Virus record (IMG/VR): IMGVR_UViG_3300009503_000022
Location: 1 to 64,000 of that record
DNA: 64,000 bases
Reading direction: 5' to 3' (one strand)
Origin: a virus
Position 1 is the first letter of the stretch, and each line of letters begins with the position of its first letter. Shown here piece by piece: positions 9,692-19,169 of this stretch. The position numbers and the translations under genes were made by a program. The notes beneath the pieces are model-generated. The model was given only the letters and a program-made list of their open reading frames with translations. It had not been told where the DNA came from and did not search any database.

Positions 9692-9967
9692 TTAATCTGT
9701 CCACCTTTTACAAATATACCCTATTTCTTTCCGTTCTTCATCACTATAACCACAACAAAAAGAAGGAGAAAAATCATTTAATCTTTTGCAATTATTACAA
9801 TTTTTCTTTGTATTTTTCAGCGCAACTTTTACTTTTTCTGCCATCAAACTATTTAATAAATTGCAAATATTCTTATTTAATTTATTTATATCTTTATCTT
9901 TATTCATCCTTACCTCTCTTTTTACTTCTATTTTTCCAAAATTTTTGATTTTCATTTTATCACCCAT
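9692..9967 (-). CDS. hypothetical Cys-rich protein
   Basis: CNNC...C...C. Confidence 0.5.
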   Translation of the reverse strand: MGDKMKIKNFGKIEVKREVRMNKDKDINKLNKNICNLLNSLMAEKVKVALKNTKKNCNNCKRLNDFSPSFCCGYSDEERKEIGYICKRWTD

Positions 9968-10012
9968 TTTCTACTTCTTTATTTTCTTTTTCCATTTTTC
10001 CCTTCCATTATT

Positions 10013-10042
10013 ATTATAACAAAATTTTTATAGAAATTAATA
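10013..10042 (-). promoter_or_regulatory. class A promoter, part of a duplicated promoter-leader cassette
   Basis: Near-identical to 8850-8915, including GGAAGGGAAAAATGGAAAAAGAAAATAAA. Confidence 0.75.
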
Positions 10043-10346
10043 GCTAAGACAATTTTATATTTTTTATTACATCTTATTTGTTCTATTTCAAAAAATCTTT
10101 CGTCTCTCAACGTTTTTCTCAAACTTATAATGATAATTTTATACTACTATTTTCTAAATAAACAGTTCGTTAGCAGTCGTTTCCCTTTACGTACTTTACA
10201 TATATTTCCTACATAACTAATACAATAAATCAACAAATATAATATAATTATTACCCCTACTATTAAACATATATAAAACAAAAAAAAGCCTAATATAATG
10301 CTATTTTTTAAATTATTCATATATTTATATTACAAAAATTTTATAT

Positions 10347-10832
10347 TCATACTTTATTTATATATTTTTCTACTAATTTTCTTGTATTTGGATGCAGAAT
10401 CATTTTATTTTTATTTTTCTTATACCATAATAATACATTAGGAGTTTTCTGAGCTTTTCCTGCTCCTTTCCAATCACAGATCATTTCCATTACATCTTCG
10501 TATTTCATTTCTAATACTTTATTATTTTTAAAATCAGGTTGGATCCACCATTGCCAATGATGTCTATTTCTTTTAGAGTGCAAATGCCAAGCAAAATCAA
10601 AATTTTTGTCTCCTGTATCAGTTGGTTTATAATAACCAGTATTATCTCTAATTTGTTTTAGACTTCCATCTTCATTATAAAAATATTTCGCATAAGGTAT
10701 AAATTCACTTAACAAAAATTTTGACATATCATGAAATAATCCTCTCCAAAATAACCCTACTTTCATACATTCTAAAAATACATACCATTTATGTTTACAT
10801 ATATACTGAAAATATCTTAAATATCTTTTCAT
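10347..10832 (-). CDS. DUF5662-like HD-domain protein
   Basis: HKWYV...HDMSKF..EF.PY...AWHLH..RNRHHWQWW...EMICDW. Confidence 0.75.
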   Translation of the reverse strand: MKRYLRYFQYICKHKWYVFLECMKVGLFWRGLFHDMSKFLLSEFIPYAKYFYNEDGSLKQIRDNTGYYKPTDTGDKNFDFAWHLHSKRNRHHWQWWIQPDFKNNKVLEMKYEDVMEMICDWKGAGKAQKTPNVLLWYKKNKNKMILHPNTRKLVEKYINKV

Positions 10833-10855
10833 TTTTCCTATTTTTTAAATTTAAT

Positions 10856-11545
10856 TTATTTAATTTCGTATTTTTTTATATCATATTTTTCTATAAAATC
10901 TTTAATCAAATAAATTCTATGCAAATCTGTATATCCATACTTTTTTATTGCTTCAAAATGAAATTTACTCCTATATCCAACATTTGTTTTCCAAGAAAAT
11001 TCAGGAAATATCTGATCCATTTTCAACATATATCTATCCCTAAGACATTTTGCTATTATACTAGCGGCTGCTACAGTTATAGATTTTGCATCTGCTTTAA
11101 CTATAGATTCATTTTCAAACTCTAATTCTTTATGCTTGAAATTCCCATCGATAATAACATAAAAATCACTTTTATTATATTTCTGTATTAAATTCAAATT
11201 TTTAATAGCTCCTATTCTTGCAATTTTTGCACATTTCATTATATTCTTAATTTTATTAATAGTATCTACATCAACGCTATAAAAACCGTAATCAATAACA
11301 CAAAACACCAATTCATTTAATAACTTATCCCTTTCTTGCCTATTAAATACTTTTGAATCATTTATTTTTAATACTTTTCTTTTTAATTTTATTTTAATTT
11401 TTTTAGCACATTCTAAATCTAAAATCACAGCACAAGCACAAATAAGTCCTGCAATTGCTCCTAATCCAACTTCATCTACACCAATTACATATTTATATTT
11501 TCCACCTTTTAATATTTTATTTTCAATGCGAACATTTGCAGACAT
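10856..11545 (-). CDS. rnhB: ribonuclease HII
   Basis: IGVDEVG, DSK, IIDG, VKADAKSITVAAASIIAK, NVGY, HR motifs. Confidence 0.9.
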   Translation of the reverse strand: MSANVRIENKILKGGKYKYVIGVDEVGLGAIAGLICACAVILDLECAKKIKIKLKRKVLKINDSKVFNRQERDKLLNELVFCVIDYGFYSVDVDTINKIKNIMKCAKIARIGAIKNLNLIQKYNKSDFYVIIDGNFKHKELEFENESIVKADAKSITVAAASIIAKCLRDRYMLKMDQIFPEFSWKTNVGYRSKFHFEAIKKYGYTDLHRIYLIKDFIEKYDIKKYEIK

Positions 11546-11612
11546 TTTTTCAAACCACCTATTTATACTCCCATAAATATTTTAAACTCTGATTCTATAT
11601 TCCTATAATTAA

Positions 11613-14399
11613 TTATAAACTACTACCATTAATAAAAATCTCATCAGGATTATAACCAGAAATTATCTTTTCAATCATTTCTCTGTCTTTTTTCAAGTTA
11701 ATACCCTTCGTACATCGCCAAATAACAACAACTTTTTTATCTTCTTTTTCACCAAAAACAAATACATATTTTCTTCCATCCTCTATAAGAAACTTATACT
11801 TATTTATAGTTAATCCCAAAAGATAATTAAATGTTTCGATTAAATCTATATTAACAATTTCTTCTCCTTTGTTACCTGAAATAATTTTCATTTTATATTC
11901 AAAAGGATTTTCAAAATCCTGAATGTTTAATAATGATTGACAACATTCGATTTTATGCCTTAAAAAATATTTCATTAGATATTCATTTCCAAATAGTTCA
12001 AATGCACTCTGCCCTTTGTCTTTGTTTACAAATTCAATATTGTGTAATGTATCTTCATATTGTTCAAGATAATGATATTTTAAAAAAACTCCAATTCCAT
12101 CTATATCCTGTGGTTTCCCCTCTTTCCAATTAAAAGAATAAGCAATTTTTTTCATTCTTGGAATAATAATAGTATCAAAATAATCTGCCATCTCTACAAG
12201 AATAAATTTTCTTTTACCTCCATCTTCTTTATTGAGTTTCATAACTGCGTGTGCGGTTGTGCCTGAACCCGCGAAGAAGTCAAGGATAAAAATTTTATCT
12301 TCTTCAATCATACTGATCAGAAATTTTATAAAGTGTATCGGTTTAATTGATTGTAGAGATATAAGTTCCATATCCCTTATTATTTTGCTTTCATTATTCA
12401 TATCCTTCTCAAAATCGTAGAAATCAAAATAAGAAATTTCTGTTTGGGCACTATTTAATTCCTTTCTTATCTTTAAAGGAATTCCTTGATAATAGACAGT
12501 ATTTATTGTTCTCTCATCAGGATTTTTTATATATCTGAAACCAAAACCATCATCACCTATGCCATAAACTTTATATAAATAGTTATAATTTTTTTCTTTT
12601 TCGAATAATGGTCTTAAGTTTTCTTCGTAAAATTTTTCAGTAAATTGAGCAGTTTTTATTTTCCCTCTTATTGATATAGGTTTAACAATATAAAAATCAT
12701 TTATCTCACTACATTCAATTATCTCATATTGGTCGGGTCTGAAACATTCTATTTTATATTTACCAATTGTAAAAGTTTTGAAGGGTTTATCTTTTTCTAT
12801 AATTTTTAACTTATATTCTGAAAAATCGTAATCAACTTTTTTCTTTTTTATAGACATTTTTTCTGATTTTGAAAATACCAAACAATACTCTATTGATTTT
12901 TGAAAAATAGATTTCTGTGTTAGTTGTCTAGCTGGGTTTCTCATTTTTATTTTTAATTTTTCAACTTCAAAATAAAAACTTCTCATTATATTATAAAGAT
13001 TACTGACTTCATTATCATCAATACTTACAAAAATAACTCCATCGTCTCTCATCAATCTCTTTGCCAAACTCAATCTATTTTCCATCATAGTAAGCCAAGA
13101 AGAATGCTGGTATTTATCCTTATAGAGAAATTCATCATTTCCTGTATTATAAGGTGGATCAATGTAAATAGTCTGCACTTTATCTTTATACTTATTCAAA
13201 ATCAAATTTAATGCCTGATAGTTTTCGCTTTTAATCAAAACTCCATCTAATAATTCATCAATATTTCCTTTCTCTGATAATTTTTCTAATAATCTTTCTT
13301 TAAAATCCTGACTGAAATATTTTGTATCTATAGGTAGTTTTCTGCCTTTTATATCATTTTTATCTTTTATTTTGCCAAACCCTAACTCCTCCCATTCCTT
13401 TAATTGCTGATTATTCTTAAAAATCTCATCATAAAACTCTAAAGGTATCCTATCCATTGTAATTACATATTCGGTTTTTAAAACAAATTTCTTCTTCTCC
13501 CATAGTAGTTTCTGAAATTCTTCAATTTGAGCAAGAAATTTTATAATTCTCTTTGCAATTTCATCAACAACCTTTGCTCTAATAATATGTTTTGATTCTA
13601 AATTATTAAGGTCAACAATCTCTGTTTTTATATAATAATCGAGTTCTCTTTCTAAAAATCCTTTCAAGTCCTTATGAATAAAGAAATCACTAATTTCAAT
13701 ATGCATATATTTACAAAGATGTTTTTCTAAAATTGTTTTATTATCTTTTATTTTCGAAAAAATTTCTTTAAGTTCAATTTCGCTAATTTGTTCAACAATT
13801 TTATCTTTTATAATATTATTAAGCATTTTTTGCTTTATATCTGCTGTTATTTTATAATTCTTAATATCTTCATCAGACAAATATCTATACTCAAAATATA
13901 TAATACAACTTTTTTGTTCTTTATTAACCTTGATAAAATCATTTTCCTTTAAGAAAAAATATTTTCTCTTATTATTGATATTTCTCACTTCTATAAAAAC
14001 AGTTTTAAATATAATCCTCCATCCTTCCAAATCAAAACTATAATCTTTAAAAATCTCATTAGTATTTACATAATACTGATCAGAATTTATCCAATAAAGT
14101 TTTACATCTTCACCACTATGAGGAATAATACACTTTCTTGAAATAAAATTACCATTTTCATAATATCTTAAAAAAAATCTATAAAGATCATCAAAAATTT
14201 GATTTTGCATAAATTCATCAATCTGATATTTATACTTCTCAAATTCACCTTCTATTACCTGAACAAGTTCACCTTTAACAAAATCTTCTATCTTCTTTCT
14301 TTTATAATTCATAATTCGATAAATACCAAAATCAAATTCACTAATATCAAATTGACACAAAATTCTAAATAATTTTTCTAATCTTTCTATCATACCCAT
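11613..14399 (-). CDS. mod: type III restriction-modification Mod-like adenine DNA methyltransferase (no res gene in the window)
   Basis: DFGIYRIMN N-terminus, IYIDPPYNTG, ILDFFAGSGTTAHAV, EQYEDTL, DLIETFNYLLG. Confidence 0.9.
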   Translation of the reverse strand: MGMIERLEKLFRILCQFDISEFDFGIYRIMNYKRKKIEDFVKGELVQVIEGEFEKYKYQIDEFMQNQIFDDLYRFFLRYYENGNFISRKCIIPHSGEDVKLYWINSDQYYVNTNEIFKDYSFDLEGWRIIFKTVFIEVRNINNKRKYFFLKENDFIKVNKEQKSCIIYFEYRYLSDEDIKNYKITADIKQKMLNNIIKDKIVEQISEIELKEIFSKIKDNKTILEKHLCKYMHIEISDFFIHKDLKGFLERELDYYIKTEIVDLNNLESKHIIRAKVVDEIAKRIIKFLAQIEEFQKLLWEKKKFVLKTEYVITMDRIPLEFYDEIFKNNQQLKEWEELGFGKIKDKNDIKGRKLPIDTKYFSQDFKERLLEKLSEKGNIDELLDGVLIKSENYQALNLILNKYKDKVQTIYIDPPYNTGNDEFLYKDKYQHSSWLTMMENRLSLAKRLMRDDGVIFVSIDDNEVSNLYNIMRSFYFEVEKLKIKMRNPARQLTQKSIFQKSIEYCLVFSKSEKMSIKKKKVDYDFSEYKLKIIEKDKPFKTFTIGKYKIECFRPDQYEIIECSEINDFYIVKPISIRGKIKTAQFTEKFYEENLRPLFEKEKNYNYLYKVYGIGDDGFGFRYIKNPDERTINTVYYQGIPLKIRKELNSAQTEISYFDFYDFEKDMNNESKIIRDMELISLQSIKPIHFIKFLISMIEEDKIFILDFFAGSGTTAHAVMKLNKEDGGKRKFILVEMADYFDTIIIPRMKKIAYSFNWKEGKPQDIDGIGVFLKYHYLEQYEDTLHNIEFVNKDKGQSAFELFGNEYLMKYFLRHKIECCQSLLNIQDFENPFEYKMKIISGNKGEEIVNIDLIETFNYLLGLTINKYKFLIEDGRKYVFVFGEKEDKKVVVIWRCTKGINLKKDREMIEKIISGYNPDEIFINGSSL

Positions 14400-14408
14400 T
14401 TAAACATC

Positions 14409-14942
14409 TTACTCCTTTTTTAAATTACCAACAAAATCAAAATTATTAGGTTTACTATTCATTATTCTAATTACTTCTGATAAAGAAATTGGTGAAAAAT
14501 TATTACAATCCACACCTACATCCATTTGCTTCCCTTGAGGTTCTAATCTACCATGACTATGACCATATAATTGCCAAGAATTATAATGACTTCCCGGCCA
14601 AGTTCTCATTGCATAATGACATAACACTATAATATTATTAACGTTTGGAATATCTATTATTTTAATATCTGCTATCTCTTTAATTTTATCGCAAATCTTA
14701 ATTTTTTTATCATGAGATCCTCTTATAAAATAAATATCTCCATTTAATTTATTTAAATAATAATCAGGATCTCCCATACAAAAATCTCCTAAATAATAAA
14801 CAATATCGCCAGGTTTCACTTTACTATTCCAATTACGTATCAAAACTTCATCCATTTTTTCTACACTTTTAAATGGTCTATTACAATATTTAATTATATT
14901 AGTATGACCAAAATGACAATCTGAAATAAACCAATATTTCAT
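14409..14942 (-). CDS. calcineurin-like metallophosphoesterase
   Basis: SDCHFGH, LGDF, GSHD, LYGHSH, DVGVD. Confidence 0.9.
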   Translation of the reverse strand: MKYWFISDCHFGHTNIIKYCNRPFKSVEKMDEVLIRNWNSKVKPGDIVYYLGDFCMGDPDYYLNKLNGDIYFIRGSHDKKIKICDKIKEIADIKIIDIPNVNNIIVLCHYAMRTWPGSHYNSWQLYGHSHGRLEPQGKQMDVGVDCNNFSPISLSEVIRIMNSKPNNFDFVGNLKKE

Positions 14943-14960
14943 AATTTAAAACCTCTATTT

Positions 14961-14995
14961 TAATTATATCTATATTTTTATAATAAATTTACATC
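14961..14995 (-). promoter_or_regulatory. class B promoter-like motif GATGTWAA-N19-TATAATTA
   Basis: Identical spacing at 27050-27084 and 43316-43350. Confidence 0.6.
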
Positions 14996-17067
14996 ATATC
15001 TGTTATAATTTCGCCTGCTTGATATTCAATATTACTTTCTATAAATTCTCCTCCCTCTTTACTTTCTTTAAGTTCCTCTACAAATAACTGCTTAATTGCT
15101 CCAACAACAGTATCTGTCAAATCTTTTTCTCCTTCTTCTGTATGATCTACCTTACCATCTTCCTTTCTTTCTAATTGCTTAATTTCTGTTAACAACTCTT
15201 CTATATCTAATAATTCAATTCTTTGAGAATAAATAAATTCCATAAAATTATTATAATCTTTAACTGTTAACGTATATGCATCGGCTTTTATACCATCGTT
15301 CCTCAAATCTTGAATAAAAAGACTAGACTGCCAATGATCAAAAAATACTATAATATTTATTCTATTGGATATCTCTTTAATAATTTGTCTAATATTAGGA
15401 AACGATACTATATATCTTACTTTAGTTACTTTATCAATAGGTCTCCAAACAGTAGAACAATCGTGTATTGCTCTTGCACCTTCTCTATGAAAAATAGACA
15501 TTCCACATTTATCGTGCTTTTCCCCCAAATCTATAGTTAAAATATATGTAAAATCTTCTAATCCAATATTCCATTTCTTAATTTTTTTCTTAATCTCACC
15601 ATTTTCCATATAATCTTCAAATTCAACTATAGGTTTTCTAAATTCATTAACACAAGCATATAACTTATCTGGATATTCTATAAATGGTGATTGAGATCCA
15701 GGAGGCATACACATATACATTGACTTTGCCATTGTAGGATTACGATCAAAGGTTGATTTAAAATCTATAGGTATCTTATAAATTTTTTTAACATCATTAT
15801 TATTCTTATCCTTCACTATAACTTCAAAATCAAATGTAGGTCTATCTTTATATAATTCTTCTTTTACTTCCCAAGTAAACGCAGTATCTGCATATATATG
15901 CAAATCCGACTCTGCTAATTTAATTAATCGTTTAATAAATCCTGACTCTGTTCTTGGATAACTAATAACAAAACCTTTATATTTATTTCCAAATCTAGAT
16001 TCTGCAGACGTTTGAAGCATATTAAATATTTTATCTGCATTTCTCGTTTTAGTTTTATCTTTAAATGCATCTGCTTCATCCATAGTAAACATTAATAAAT
16101 TTAAACCTTCTGTACTCTCTTGTTCAGAATGCCTACTAAATAATCTTATTAAATTTGGAAATAATATAGCGTTTGTTCCAATTCTTATTTCATTTCTTAA
16201 TTCGACAATATCCTTTTCACTAATATATGAATTACTTATCTTAATATTAAAATACTGCTTAAACCATAAATTATTTATTACTCTTTGTTTTAATTTTTCA
16301 AAAAATACAAATTTTGCCTGTTCTCCTGAATATGCAACATTAACAATATCTATAGCTTCATTATCGGGTAATCCTAATAACTTCTGAGGATTATTACAAC
16401 ATAATAAAAAATAACAACAATATAAAGTCATAAGTGCACAAATTGTATCCTTACCTGAATTATGATGTAAAATATCATTTAAAATCATATTCTTATGTAT
16501 TGGAGAACAAAATCCATAAAATTCTTCTTCTCCAATCTCTTCTATACTTTCTATTTCATCAAATTCTAATATTTCATTTATTTTATATATATCATAATTA
16601 TATACGTGAAATTCTATATTCATCTTTTTTGCAAATTCTTTTGCAGCATTACATTTTATCTCGAATATAGGACTATTTTTAGTAAAATTACTTTTAATCT
16701 CTTCTATCCAAATTGAAGCATTTTCATTATCTATAACTAATAAATCTGGAATATAATTATGTTTAATTCCATCAATATAATACGGTATTTTCATAGGTTC
16801 GTGAAAAAATATATATCCATTATTATCTAATTCAATCATTCTTACTAATTCATAATTAGAATTATATTGTTGTATACCATTATTTTTAAATTTATATTTT
16901 CCACATTTTGCCTTACTCCTATTAAAAGTTTTATTTATAATTTTATTAGATATAGTTTCAGAATTATGTTCTTTATTCTTTTTAAATCTACATTTATCGC
17001 AATATTTTCTTCCATATACACTAATAAATAATGAATTACAATTTTTACATATCATTTCTTTTGGCAT
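14989..17067 (-). CDS. terL: terminase large subunit, C-terminal part: Zn finger + TnsA-like endonuclease + C-intein + ATPase remainder + RNase H-like nuclease
   Basis: YIPDLLV..EEIK (PD-D/ExK); ILHHN|SGKD splice junction; FTMDEAD Walker B; IDLGEKHD, FDHWQS, KVDH...KDLTD nuclease motifs. Confidence 0.85.
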   Translation of the reverse strand: MPKEMICKNCNSLFISVYGRKYCDKCRFKKNKEHNSETISNKIINKTFNRSKAKCGKYKFKNNGIQQYNSNYELVRMIELDNNGYIFFHEPMKIPYYIDGIKHNYIPDLLVIDNENASIWIEEIKSNFTKNSPIFEIKCNAAKEFAKKMNIEFHVYNYDIYKINEILEFDEIESIEEIGEEEFYGFCSPIHKNMILNDILHHNSGKDTICALMTLYCCYFLLCCNNPQKLLGLPDNEAIDIVNVAYSGEQAKFVFFEKLKQRVINNLWFKQYFNIKISNSYISEKDIVELRNEIRIGTNAILFPNLIRLFSRHSEQESTEGLNLLMFTMDEADAFKDKTKTRNADKIFNMLQTSAESRFGNKYKGFVISYPRTESGFIKRLIKLAESDLHIYADTAFTWEVKEELYKDRPTFDFEVIVKDKNNNDVKKIYKIPIDFKSTFDRNPTMAKSMYMCMPPGSQSPFIEYPDKLYACVNEFRKPIVEFEDYMENGEIKKKIKKWNIGLEDFTYILTIDLGEKHDKCGMSIFHREGARAIHDCSTVWRPIDKVTKVRYIVSFPNIRQIIKEISNRINIIVFFDHWQSSLFIQDLRNDGIKADAYTLTVKDYNNFMEFIYSQRIELLDIEELLTEIKQLERKEDGKVDHTEEGEKDLTDTVVGAIKQLFVEELKESKEGGEFIESNIEYQAGEIITDMM
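16459..17067 (-). mobile_element. C-terminal half of a split intein fused to a TnsA-type endonuclease
   Basis: FDEIESIEEIGEEEFYGF...NDILHHN followed by Ser+1. Confidence 0.8.
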
Positions 17068-17353
17068 ACGCGATACTATCTCCTATTTTCAATTCCTTTA
17101 TTTTTTTCCAACCATTTTTAGTATACAATTTATGATTCTCATCAACTTCTATTATTTTACCTAATTTTGTTTTTATTCTGTATATTTTTGCTTTACCTTC
17201 TTTAAATATAGGTTTAATCGTAGTAATAACCTTTTTTCTTTTATGAAAATCAATAGCTTCTACATTTATTGGTTTTTTCAAACTTTCCCACTCTTCTACT
17301 GTATGTCTTTCTTTAGTAATTTTATCTTCTATAATAGTACCTTTCCGAAAACC
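17045..17353 (-). mobile_element. N-terminal half of a split intein (starts with Gly)
   Basis: Hint block A/B-like motifs, ending at GDxIA. Confidence 0.75.
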
Positions 17354-17650
17354 TCCTTTCCCCCATTCTAAGACTGCCAAATTGAAAATTGGATTATCAA
17401 ATATATTCTTATTAATATTATTTTTGTTCTTTACATAATCATCATAAGTATATCCATATAACATTGCATAACAAGCATCTAATTGCCTTTTCGTTAATTT
17501 TATAAAATTACAAAATTCTTTATCTTCAACAAAATTTTTAAATTCAATAGGTTCAAATCCTTCTTTAAATATAGATACTTTTTTTATACCATCTATTTCA
17601 TTTTTTTTATCTTTTATTATCTTATTTAAATCACTGTAAAAATCCTGCAT
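17045..17650 (-). CDS. terL: terminase large subunit, N-terminal part + N-intein
   Basis: LTKRQ adenine-binding motif, AVLEWGKG (first half of Walker A), then Hint N-part GFRKGT...YRIKTKLGKIIEVDENHKLYTKNGWKKIKELKIGDSIA. Confidence 0.85.
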   Translation of the reverse strand: MQDFYSDLNKIIKDKKNEIDGIKKVSIFKEGFEPIEFKNFVEDKEFCNFIKLTKRQLDACYAMLYGYTYDDYVKNKNNINKNIFDNPIFNLAVLEWGKGGFRKGTIIEDKITKERHTVEEWESLKKPINVEAIDFHKRKKVITTIKPIFKEGKAKIYRIKTKLGKIIEVDENHKLYTKNGWKKIKELKIGDSIAYAKRNDM

Positions 17651-18221
17651 ATATTTTCATCTCCTCACTAAATTTATCCAATAATTGTTTTTTTATCTCT
17701 GGACTTAAAGATTCATAAAGTAAATTATCAATAGCAATCTTAACAACATCTTTTATTATTTTTCTAATATTATATTTAGCATCTAATTTTTCTAAATATT
17801 TATTTTTTAATTCTAATAATGATTGTACCCTAGCAATCAATTTTTCTAAAATATCTTCTCTATTACGAATATCTAAATCTGCAGAATAATATCTAATAAT
17901 ATCTATTTCGGTATTCAAAGACATAATATAAAAATTAATCTGTTCTAAAGTAGAACTATCTTTAGTAATTTTCTTTTTTAATTCAATAATCTTATTTTCC
18001 ATTTTAGCTCTATGAATTTTACAAATTTCTTCATATCTTTCTTTAAATCTTCCTTTAAAATATTCATAATAATAATTTAATTTTTGTTCAGTTACTTCAT
18101 CATATCCTAAATTTTTCAATTCTCTATACGCTTGATCTGGATTTAACCCATTCATATAAAGTTTTACCAATAACATTTCATACACAGACCCGCACGCTAA
18201 TGGACGTTTAGGTTTACTCAT
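17631..18221 (-). CDS. putative terminase small subunit
   Basis: N-terminal HTH-like region + helical bundle, directly upstream of terL (positional inference). Confidence 0.45.
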   Translation of the reverse strand: MSKPKRPLACGSVYEMLLVKLYMNGLNPDQAYRELKNLGYDEVTEQKLNYYYEYFKGRFKERYEEICKIHRAKMENKIIELKKKITKDSSTLEQINFYIMSLNTEIDIIRYYSADLDIRNREDILEKLIARVQSLLELKNKYLEKLDAKYNIRKIIKDVVKIAIDNLLYESLSPEIKKQLLDKFSEEMKIYAGFLQ

Positions 18222-18528
18222 TTTTATTCTCCTTTAAAATTTTACGAATTTTATTTAAACATCTTTTTAAACACATATTTACTCCAGCTTGAGTTATTTT
18301 TAAAATATTTGCTATGTGAGATTGTTTCAAATTATATTTATAATACATTAAAAATATCATTTTTTGCCTTTTTGTAAAATGTTTTTTTATTATCTTATTT
18401 ATTAATTCTATATTCTTTTCTATAAATTCGCTTCGCTCGCTATTCTCTTCCTCATTAATATAATCAATAAAAGACTTATAACTAGCTAACCTATTTAATA
18501 TATTATGATCAACATATATTATTTTCAT
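18214..18528 (-). CDS. sigma-70 region 4-like HTH protein
   Basis: FTKRQKMIFLMYY..LKQSHIANILKITQAGV...LNKIRK. Confidence 0.8.
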   Translation of the reverse strand: MKIIYVDHNILNRLASYKSFIDYINEEENSERSEFIEKNIELINKIIKKHFTKRQKMIFLMYYKYNLKQSHIANILKITQAGVNMCLKRCLNKIRKILKENKNE

Positions 18529-19031
18529 AAAAAATTAATATCTTCAATCCTAAAATTAGCTTGTATCATACGACCAAATAATTTTAATGCTAATTTGACT
18601 TTATTATCACATACTTCTAAAACTTTTCCTTCTCTTCCAATAAAAGGACCATCTAAAACAACAGCTTTATCACTCTTAATATTATTTCTCAACCTATTAA
18701 GTATATTTATAGATTCTTCGATATGTTTCAAAATCATTTCTTCAGATATTGTATAAGGAACAACTACTTCAACTTCCTTATTGTTAATAATTGTTTTACA
18801 ACTATGAACTAATAAATAAATATTAGAAAAACTATTTTTTATTCTATTAAATATTTCCATATTTCTTAAAAATATATAATTTGGATATAATAATATTTCT
18901 TTTTCTACTTTTTTATTTCTTAAAATTTTAAAATCTTTATAGATAGGTATTAATACATCTGTAGAATTAACGATATATTTTATTTTTGTATAATCAATAT
19001 TACATATATAACATATTATCCATTTATTCAT
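18525..19031 (-). CDS. NusG/RfaH/LoaP-family transcription antitermination factor
   Basis: NGN motif LLYPNYIF; KOW motif VVLDGPFIGREGKV...LFGR. Confidence 0.85.
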   Translation of the reverse strand: MNKWIICYICNIDYTKIKYIVNSTDVLIPIYKDFKILRNKKVEKEILLYPNYIFLRNMEIFNRIKNSFSNIYLLVHSCKTIINNKEVEVVVPYTISEEMILKHIEESINILNRLRNNIKSDKAVVLDGPFIGREGKVLEVCDNKVKLALKLFGRMIQANFRIEDINFL

Positions 19032-19053
19032 AATTACCTACCTAATTTTAAAT

Positions 19054-19095
19054 AAAAAAAGATTATAAGGTAAATCTTAAACTATCTTATAATCT
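19054..19095 (-). terminator. putative intrinsic terminator just upstream of the NusG paralog
   Basis: Minus strand AGATTATAAG-N16-CTTATAATCT followed by a T run. Confidence 0.55.
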
Positions 19096-19169
19096 CTTCT
19101 GATTTTTTCGGCCAGAAATTATTTATAATTTCAATAAAAATAAATTACAGTTTTCCTGTCAATTTATTT

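Noticed and set aside
11613-14399. Complete type III restriction system using the 43333-44721 helicase as Res
   Set aside because: The helicase is 29 kb away, lacks a nuclease domain and sits among replication genes
16590-16890. Tn7-like transposon suggested by the TnsA-like domain
   Set aside because: The domain is inside the intein region and there are no TnsB/C/D genes; a homing endonuclease role fits better
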